From an uncultured Solirubrobacterales bacterium (lineage in GTDB: Bacteria > Actinomycetota > Thermoleophilia > Solirubrobacterales > JACPNS01): a stretch of 64,000 nucleotides of DNA. The notes below the pieces were generated by a model that saw only the letters and a program-made list of their open reading frames with translations, had not been told where the DNA came from and did not search any database. Both the position numbers and the translations under genes were made by a program. The stretch covers positions 30,577 through 94,576 of the forward strand of contig CAKZMQ010000021.1 in assembly GCA_937128795.1 (NCBI GenBank), in the 5' to 3' direction. Positions 57,623 to 64,000 of the stretch are shown here, piece by piece. Within the stretch, counting starts at the first letter, position 1. Each line of letters starts with the position of its first letter.

Positions 57623-58867
57623 TCACGCCAGATCGGCGGGATTGCTCATTGCGACGGCCAATTGATCGATCTGGGCGGCGGTCAACTCTTGGCGTGAGGC
57701 GATCAATTTTCGGCCGGATTCGATGTCATCCGAACGACCGATCGCAGCAACTTGCGCAACGCGATTGCCCTGCAGGTACCAGACGCTCAGGTCTCGACCG
57801 TCGAGCTCGCCGCGGACGATCACTCTGTCCCATTCGAACGCCGGGCCCACGGATTCGATTTCGACATCGGCCATGTCGGTCCAGAAATACGGGACCACGT
57901 CGTGCTCGGTCGGCTGCCCGAGCATGTTCAAGGCCGCCGTCTTGCCGTGATTGAAGGCGACGTCCCAATGCTCGACGCGAACGTGACCGCCGTGCATCTC
58001 AGACTCCCACTCGCAGACGTCGCCGGCGGCGTACACGTCGGCTGCGCTCGAGTGCAGAAACTTGTCACAGAGGATGCCGCCGCGCTCACCGATCGTGAGC
58101 CCGGCCGCCTTTGCAAGCATCGTGTCCGGATGCACTCCGGCCCCGATCACGACCACGTCGGCGTCGACTTCCAGCCCCGATTGGCAGACGACCTTGGTGA
58201 CGCGCTCGCCGTCCCCCTCAAGATGGTCCAGACCTTGCGCCGGGTGAAGCTTCACGCCAAGCGACTCGAGGTGGGATTTCGTCCATGCGCCGAGCTCGTC
58301 GCCGAGGGTGCGCTGCAGCGGTAGGTCTTCGAGCATCACGATCTCGCATTGGCAACCGAGGCGTGAGAGCGTGGCTGCCACCTCGCAGCCGATGTAACTG
58401 CCGCCGATCAACACCACGTGGCGGCCGAGGCGGTCGAGGTCCTCGCGCAGTGAGTCGCTGCTGCCGTAAGCACGCATGTAGTGAATGCCGTCCTGACCCA
58501 TCCCGTCGACGTGCAGCAGGTTCACGTTCGCGCCGGTCGCAATCAATGCGTTGCCGTAGCTGATCACGTCCTTGTTCATCAGCACCGCCTCGTGCCGGTC
58601 GGCGTCGAGCTTCATCACGTTCATCCGCGTGAGGACTTCGATGTCGTTGTCCGTCCAGAATTCGGGCGGACGGAAATAGTCCATCGCACGGTCTTCCGTA
58701 GCCGCCAGATACCCCTTCGTCAGAGCAGGACGGTTGTACGGCGGTTCGGGCTCACGACCGACGAGCAGAATGCTGCCTTCTCCACCCGCTTCGCGCAGCC
58801 AGCGCGCGCAGTTGCCCGAGGCGAGACCTCCGCCGATCAAAAGGTGGTCTACGTGTCGATTCGCCAC
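57623..58867 (-). CDS. FAD-dependent pyridine nucleotide-disulfide oxidoreductase (ferredoxin/rubredoxin reductase-like)
   Basis: DHLLIGGGLASG (FAD GxGxxG), VVLIGGSYIGCEVAA (NAD GxGxxG) and VYAAGDVC, followed by a C-terminal dimerisation domain. Confidence 0.85.
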   Translation of the reverse strand: MANRHVDHLLIGGGLASGNCARWLREAGGEGSILLVGREPEPPYNRPALTKGYLAATEDRAMDYFRPPEFWTDNDIEVLTRMNVMKLDADRHEAVLMNKDVISYGNALIATGANVNLLHVDGMGQDGIHYMRAYGSSDSLREDLDRLGRHVVLIGGSYIGCEVAATLSRLGCQCEIVMLEDLPLQRTLGDELGAWTKSHLESLGVKLHPAQGLDHLEGDGERVTKVVCQSGLEVDADVVVIGAGVHPDTMLAKAAGLTIGERGGILCDKFLHSSAADVYAAGDVCEWESEMHGGHVRVEHWDVAFNHGKTAALNMLGQPTEHDVVPYFWTDMADVEIESVGPAFEWDRVIVRGELDGRDLSVWYLQGNRVAQVAAIGRSDDIESGRKLIASRQELTAAQIDQLAVAMSNPADLA

Positions 58868-58885
58868 AACGCCACCGTCCGCCGA

Positions 58886-59560
58886 CTAGGCGAATGCTTC
58901 GTCGGGCGTCGTGAACAGCCCCGTGATATCGGTTTCCAGGCCGGGGTTGAGAATCAGCAGGACTTCGTCGCCGACATCGATCACCGTGTCGCCGCTCGGC
59001 ACGATGCCTGCGCGATCCCGCAGAATCGCGATGATCAGACCACCGTCGGGTAGCTCGATCTGGTCGACGCGCTTCCCGGCGGCCGACGCACCGGCCGTGA
59101 CCTCCACCTCGATGATCTCCAAGTCCTCGGCCTGCAATTTCAGGAGGTGGACGAGTCCGTATTGCGGGACTTCGTGCTCGATAAGCCGCAGGATCAGGTC
59201 GGTCGAGCTGATCACCGGGCTGATGTCGAGCAGCTCGAAGTGCGCCATGTTGCGGATGTTGTTGCACCGGGCGATGATCTTCTCGCGACCGTACTTCTCG
59301 CGCGCGACCTGCGAAATGATGATGTTGTCCTCGTCGTCGCCAGTCACGGCGATGACCATGTCGGCGCGCGCGATACCGGCGCGTTCAAGCACCCAGAGTT
59401 CCGTTCCGTCGCCGAGGTGAACGACGTGTTCAAGCTGCGGCTCGAGCGTGGCGTAGCGCGAGCGCTCCTGCTCGACAAGCGTGACCTCGTGGCCTTTTTG
59501 CATCAACTCACGAGTGAGGTTGAGCCCGACCTTGCCGCCACCGACTACAAGAACGTACAT
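58886..59560 (-). CDS. trkA: Trk/Ktr-type potassium uptake regulatory protein (TrkA-N + TrkA-C domains)
   Basis: MYVLVVGGGKVGLNLTRELMQKGHEVTLVE is an RCK N-domain Rossmann fold. It is followed by a C-terminal TrkA-C domain. Confidence 0.85.
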   Translation of the reverse strand: MYVLVVGGGKVGLNLTRELMQKGHEVTLVEQERSRYATLEPQLEHVVHLGDGTELWVLERAGIARADMVIAVTGDDEDNIIISQVAREKYGREKIIARCNNIRNMAHFELLDISPVISSTDLILRLIEHEVPQYGLVHLLKLQAEDLEIIEVEVTAGASAAGKRVDQIELPDGGLIIAILRDRAGIVPSGDTVIDVGDEVLLILNPGLETDITGLFTTPDEAFA

Positions 59561-59563
59561 CGC

Positions 59564-60016
59564 CTAGACCGTCTCGACCAGCGGATTGGAATCAGTATCA
59601 CCGCGGACCGCGGCGGTCAGCATGTCGATGCCGGCCTGGGTCGGGCAGATCGTGTGTAGGCCCTGCTCGGCGTACCAATCCGCTCGACGCGGGTCCAGTA
59701 CACGCACCACGACTTTGGGCACGTTGAAGCGCCTTTGAGCGATCTGGGCGATCACCAAGTTCGTGTTGTCTCCGTTGGTGCCGGCCACGAAGGCGTCTGC
59801 CTGTTCGATTCCCGCCTCGATGAGCGCGTCGATCTCGAGTGCGGTTCCGACCGTGAACATTCCGCCGGCGTCCTCCCAGTTCGTTTCGAGGTCGACGTCG
59901 AGCAGACGATGAGATTCCGCGCTTTCGTCGAGCACCGAGACGGTGTGGCCATCGGCCAAGAGGTTTTTTGCGAGTGCCGATCCAGCGCGGCCACATCCAA
60001 CGATCAATACGAACAT
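59564..60016 (-). CDS. TrkA-N (RCK N-terminal) domain protein
   Basis: The start is set at MFVLIVGCGRAGSALAKNLLADGHTVSVLDE. This is a short RCK N-domain-only protein immediately upstream of the trkA-like gene. Confidence 0.8.
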   Translation of the reverse strand: MFVLIVGCGRAGSALAKNLLADGHTVSVLDESAESHRLLDVDLETNWEDAGGMFTVGTALEIDALIEAGIEQADAFVAGTNGDNTNLVIAQIAQRRFNVPKVVVRVLDPRRADWYAEQGLHTICPTQAGIDMLTAAVRGDTDSNPLVETV

Positions 60017-60085
60017 GCCGCGTAGGTTAGTCACACGTGAACGCACTCGTCGACGCCACGAAACAAGACGTTCACAAGGCGATCG

Positions 60086-62266
60086 TCAAGAGATCGTGTC
60101 GATGAAGTCGTCCGGGTCCTCGTCGTCCGCGACCGCGTCGTGGTCTGCGTCGGTCTCGTGGGGTCGGGACGATTGCTGGTCGATTTTGACACCCGGGGTA
60201 ACCGGATCGTGCTCGCCGGTGAGACCGGCGAGGCGTTGAATCCGCTCGGCCTCGCGGCTGGCAAAAGACTCGCTGACATGCGGGTTGTCCTTGATCGACT
60301 CGAGCAGCGCCTCGACATCCGTCTCCGGCGGCGCAGTCAGGATCACGCGGCATGGCGCCTTCCGCGTGACGTACTCGGTCACCTTTCCGATGAACTCTGC
60401 CGCCCGCGGTTCCACGCCGCCCAGCAGCGGACCGCCACGGATCCGTGACGGGCGCTCGGCCGCCAGCACGATCGCTTCCACGCCTCGTCTTGCCGCTTCA
60501 CGCACGATCGCCTCGCCGGTCGAACGCGCGCGAACCGTCGCGGTTGCCACCTCGACGCCTTGATACTCCTCGCCGACCTCTTTGGCGCGCGCAAGAATCT
60601 GTCGAGCTCGCTGTAGACGGTCCGAAGGAACCGGCGCGTCGATCGGCTGCGACATCGGAATCTCGATCACGTGTAGTGCCTCGATCATTGCGCCGCCCTC
60701 TTCGTCGCTGCCCTCTTCCATCGCCAGGCGACCGGCGGTCCCGACGATGTCGTCGTCAAGCACACCACCAAAGACTGGCACCAGAATCGAACCGTAACCC
60801 TCCTTCTCCTGCTCCCTCGCGCGCTTGCGACGGAGATCCTCTTCGGGAATCAGGATGCGCTGGCGCAGCGGTTTGCCCTGTGTCTTGCGATAAACGATGT
60901 ACATCAAAATGCCCGCCGCGAGCCAGCCAGCTCCGACGGCAGTCGCCGTGCTGCGCGTGAAGAGAACTGCGACGAATGCACCCGCCGAGGCCAGGAACGC
61001 GACGAGACTGGGGATCGGGAGCGAGCCTTTGCCGACGTTGAGCGAAAACGGCACGCGATATGCACGCGTCGCCTGCGGTTCCCGGAATCGCAGCACGATG
61101 ATTGAAAGATTGGCGATCGAAAATGTCAACAGCGCGCCAAAGGCGAACATCGCGATCAGCAGTTCGTGGTCGTCGAGTATCGCGAGGGTGCTGGCGACGA
61201 CGGCCACACCGATGGCCGCAACGTACGGCGTGCCGTAGGTGCGATGCAACCTCCCCATCGGTCCGGGAATCTGGCGATTCGTTGCGAGCGCATAGGTCAC
61301 GCGCATCGGGCCGAGCATGTAGATACGGGCTGCCTGAATCAGGGTGATCGCAGCTATCACGCCCACTACATAGGTGAGCGTCGACGCCAGCCAACTCGGT
61401 TCGAAAGCGCTGACGACGCCGACGACGGGCTTCTCGACGTACTGGCCGCCGATCCCGAGCTGGTCGCCGTTGACGCTGGCAAGCAACGGCTCGGCCATCA
61501 ACGCCACGACGGCGATTCCGGCGAAGATCGTGATCGTGGAGCCCGCGCTGGCCATCACCACGGACTTCAGCTCGCGACGGCCGATCTTGATCTCCCCCGC
61601 CAGCCCTGATGCCGCCTCGATACCCGTCCCGGCCACGGTCGCAAGAATCAACCCGATCAGCAGGCCCTCGCCTGTGGGAGCGGTTCCGAAGTCGACCTCA
61701 TCAACCAGCGCACCGGGATTCCAAACCGCGACCAGGCCGATCGCGATGATCGCGAGCATCACGAACAGGTCGAGCCACCCGAACGGCAGCCGACGTCTCA
61801 AAGTCTCCGCACTGACCCCGCGCACGTTCGCGTATGCCATTGCGACGATCAGTGCGACGGGAATCACCATCTCCGCCGTGTGATCCTCCAACGGCGCCCA
61901 GAAGACCGACAGGTAGTTGGGCACCGCCGAGGCGACCAGCGCGAGAACGATCGCGTAGTCGAGCAGGATCGCCCAGCCAGCGATGAAGCTGACCAACTCG
62001 TCGAAGGCGAATCGAGCGAACGAGGATGCCCCTCCGCGCTCGACGTGCAGTGACGATCCCTCTACATAGGACATGAACGTCAACACGAAGAAGACGCCGC
62101 CGAGCAGCATCACCACCGGAGTCATACCGAGGCTCTGCTCGGTGATCAGGCCCAGCGCGAAATAGAGCGAGGACGACGCAGCGATGTAAACGACGAGAAA
62201 CAGCGCCCCCGCACCGATCGAAGACATCGGGCCGAAGCGAACTCTTGTGACGAGGCGGTTGATCAT
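60086..62266 (-). CDS. APC-superfamily amino acid/polyamine permease fused to C-terminal universal stress protein (Usp) domains
   Basis: About 12 TM segments over the first ~470 aa. The cytoplasmic part that follows has Usp-like segments (ILVPVFGGVLDDDIVGTAGRLA...; VEAIVLAAERPSRIRGG...KAPCRVILTA). Confidence 0.8.
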   Translation of the reverse strand: MINRLVTRVRFGPMSSIGAGALFLVVYIAASSSLYFALGLITEQSLGMTPVVMLLGGVFFVLTFMSYVEGSSLHVERGGASSFARFAFDELVSFIAGWAILLDYAIVLALVASAVPNYLSVFWAPLEDHTAEMVIPVALIVAMAYANVRGVSAETLRRRLPFGWLDLFVMLAIIAIGLVAVWNPGALVDEVDFGTAPTGEGLLIGLILATVAGTGIEAASGLAGEIKIGRRELKSVVMASAGSTITIFAGIAVVALMAEPLLASVNGDQLGIGGQYVEKPVVGVVSAFEPSWLASTLTYVVGVIAAITLIQAARIYMLGPMRVTYALATNRQIPGPMGRLHRTYGTPYVAAIGVAVVASTLAILDDHELLIAMFAFGALLTFSIANLSIIVLRFREPQATRAYRVPFSLNVGKGSLPIPSLVAFLASAGAFVAVLFTRSTATAVGAGWLAAGILMYIVYRKTQGKPLRQRILIPEEDLRRKRAREQEKEGYGSILVPVFGGVLDDDIVGTAGRLAMEEGSDEEGGAMIEALHVIEIPMSQPIDAPVPSDRLQRARQILARAKEVGEEYQGVEVATATVRARSTGEAIVREAARRGVEAIVLAAERPSRIRGGPLLGGVEPRAAEFIGKVTEYVTRKAPCRVILTAPPETDVEALLESIKDNPHVSESFASREAERIQRLAGLTGEHDPVTPGVKIDQQSSRPHETDADHDAVADDEDPDDFIDTIS

Positions 62267-62496
62267 CAGATGTGGTGCCTGAGAGTCAGGAACAATCGCA
62301 TTCCGGCCATCACCGCGAGGATCGCTCCGAGCAGAATGCCGCGAGCGGCCAGTCCTCCGCCGTTGGCAAGCGTGACGATTATCGTCAGAAGTCCCAGCAC
62401 CAGCGCGGCCGAGCTCAGCGCAATCTTTAAGCTGCGCATCCTCTGGGGCGCTGCGGGTTGCTGTTGATCTGTCGGTTGTTCGTGGGGAACGTTCAT
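62266..62496 (-). CDS. Small hypothetical membrane protein (76 aa)
   Basis: Two hydrophobic helices (ALSSAALVLGLLTIIVTLA; GILLGAILAVMAGMRLFL). Its start and stop overlap the flanking permease genes, consistent with translational coupling. Confidence 0.5.
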   Translation of the reverse strand: MNVPHEQPTDQQQPAAPQRMRSLKIALSSAALVLGLLTIIVTLANGGGLAARGILLGAILAVMAGMRLFLTLRHHI

Positions 62497-64000
62497 CAGG
62501 TGGTGGATTTGATGACTGATTTAACGGGCTCGGAAGTCATGATCACACGGCAGGGTCGCTCTTCGAGCACCTTCTGCACCGCTTGCGAGAACAGCGAGCC
62601 GGAGACGTCACGTTTGAGCGGGAAAACGATCGCACGCGCGTTGATTTCGTGAGCCTCGGCGACTATCCGGCGGCCGGACTCACCGGCACGAACCTTTTCC
62701 CAGTGACCGGTGACGCGACGCCCTCCGATCAAACGCGCGCGCTCGATCGAATTGTTCGCCTTTTCCTCGGCGGCCGGTAGATGTGCGCTGATCGGCGCGT
62801 TTGCAGGCACCGTTATCGGAACGATCACGTGGACCCCCCTACGTTTGCGCGACGCCAGTTTCACCGCAGTTGAGACCGCCTCGGGCGAGAAGTGACCATC
62901 TTCGAACACAACCAGAACGCTGTCGTATTCGACCTCGTGCTCGACGATCGGCTTGGGTTTGACGATTTTTGACGACTCGGTCAGGCTCAACTCCTGGCTG
63001 CGGCGGAACACTATGTAGACCACGATGCCGATCGACATCCACCCCAGGCCAAAAATCAACGTCGGCGTGTCGCGAATGGTGACCACGAGAAACGAGAGCG
63101 CGGTGACCGTGCCTCCGATCAATGCCAAGACAGGGATCGGTACGCCGCGGAGGTTGAAGTTGACGGGACTTCGCCAAGGCCGCTCGGTATCCGGGCGCCT
63201 GAATCTAAGTCGAACCAGCGAAACGTGCGCGATCGTGAAACTGAGCATCGCGCCGAACGCATAGACGCGTGACAAGAACTCGGCCTGCCCCGGAACGATC
63301 ACCAAGCAGGCGATTCCGCCAAACAGAATTATCGCGATGTATGGCGTTTTGAACCGCGGATGCAGCGCACTGATCCGCCGCGGAAGCTGGCGGTACGTGC
63401 CCATCGAGTAACTCAGTCGAGAGACTCCGATCAATCCTGCGTTTGTGGCGATCGTCAGAATCGTGCCCGCGAGCAGACCAACGTAGAGCACTGCATACGG
63501 CGTGAAATCTCCGAGTCCCATCTGCCGGACGATTCCGACGATCGGGTCTCCGGCATACGTCGTCGCCAGCTCGGTTTGGCCATTGACGACGGGCATTGCG
63601 CTGAGCGCGACCGCCGGCAGCACGGCGTAGATAACGAAAACCGCAAATACAACACGTTTTGTGGCGGCGGGAATCGTGACTCTGTAGTCCTTGGCCTCCT
63701 CGGCGAGATTTGAGATCGTCTCGATTCCCGTGTACGCGATCATTCCGATCGGGATCGCGAGTAGAAAGTTCTCGACGGTCGGGAAGGTCCCGAAGTCCAC
63801 ATTGTTGACGAGCGTGTCGGCGTTGAATACGAGGGCGATACCGACGATCACCAGCAGAACCTGCGTGGCAAAGTCGACGGCCGACAGGATCGTGTTGATA
63901 CGTGTCGACTCCTGCGCGCCGAAGACATTGATCGCGCCGAGTACGACCACGACCGTGATACCGCCAATGACGTCCCACGGCGACGATTTCAGTGGCTGCC
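62496..64000 (-). CDS. APC-superfamily permease::Usp fusion, paralogue of 60086..62266 (N-terminus beyond the right window edge)
   Basis: The reading frame remains open upstream of the listed 'M' at 63950, which is really an internal GTG codon, up to position 64000 (…QPLKSSPWDVIGGITVVVVLGAINVFG). It has TM-rich permease segments followed by a Usp-like C-terminus (VLVVFEDGHFSP...RGVHVIVPITVP...ARAIVFPL...PCRVIMT). Confidence 0.8.
   Translation of the reverse strand, partial: QPLKSSPWDVIGGITVVVVLGAINVFGAQESTRINTILSAVDFATQVLLVIVGIALVFNADTLVNNVDFGTFPTVENFLLAIPIGMIAYTGIETISNLAEEAKDYRVTIPAATKRVVFAVFVIYAVLPAVALSAMPVVNGQTELATTYAGDPIVGIVRQMGLGDFTPYAVLYVGLLAGTILTIATNAGLIGVSRLSYSMGTYRQLPRRISALHPRFKTPYIAIILFGGIACLVIVPGQAEFLSRVYAFGAMLSFTIAHVSLVRLRFRRPDTERPWRSPVNFNLRGVPIPVLALIGGTVTALSFLVVTIRDTPTLIFGLGWMSIGIVVYIVFRRSQELSLTESSKIVKPKPIVEHEVEYDSVLVVFEDGHFSPEAVSTAVKLASRKRRGVHVIVPITVPANAPISAHLPAAEEKANNSIERARLIGGRRVTGHWEKVRAGESGRRIVAEAHEINARAIVFPLKRDVSGSLFSQAVQKVLEERPCRVIMTSEPVKSVIKSTT

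Noticed and set aside
63205-63978. 257-aa minus-strand ORF overlapping the terminal permease gene in another frame
   Set aside because: The translation is Arg-rich and non-hydrophobic, while the overlapping frame encodes a coherent multi-TM APC permease that stays open to the window edge.

Overview
High-GC chromosomal segment. GC was judged by eye and not computed. Gene order looks Actinomycetota-like: alaS-ruvX-mltG-aroE ... aroC-aroK/B-aroQ-pepQ ... efp-nusB. About 42 kb (7.4-49.2 kb) is transcribed entirely from the minus strand, with many 4-nt start/stop overlaps.

Contents, left to right:
- cheR (partial) and cheB.
- An SOS mutagenesis locus. dnaE2 and imuB each sit behind a near-identical LexA box. 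They are separated by an opposite-strand insert carrying an AbrB-type antitoxin, a Doc toxin and a CDF metal exporter.
- A 334-bp long imperfect palindrome upstream of imuB.
- dxs-ispA-xseB-nusB-efp.
- Three membrane/secreted proteins of unknown function.
- pepQ-aroQ-aroK/aroB(fused)-aroC.
- A roughly 16-kb type IV pilus cluster nested between aroC and aroE: pilB-pilT-pilC-pilA-pilD, three very large prepilin-type proteins, pilM-pilN-pilO, and two unknown membrane-anchored proteins.
- aroE-mltG-ruvX-alaS, then an IscU-like::MnmA fusion, aspS-hisS, an MBL hydrolase and a formimidoyltransferase.
- tRNA-Met and tRNA-Gln.
- Two ABC exporter half-transporters, a ChlI/ChlD-type AAA+/vWA fusion, a BNR/Ycf48-like propeller protein and an FAD oxidoreductase.
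- Two TrkA-type genes and two APC permease::Usp fusions.

No CRISPR array, rRNA, transposase or recognisable phage gene was seen.

The candidates most worth follow-up:
1. The rearranged LexA-boxed imuB / toxin-antitoxin / dnaE2 locus.
2. The 334-bp palindromic element at the position where imuA' would be expected.
3. An in-frame, palindrome-containing 75-bp tandem module inside dnaE2.
4. The IscU-like::MnmA fusion.
5. The non-canonical components of the pilus cluster.

All functional calls come from reading the translated ORFs and the DNA by eye. No database search was run.
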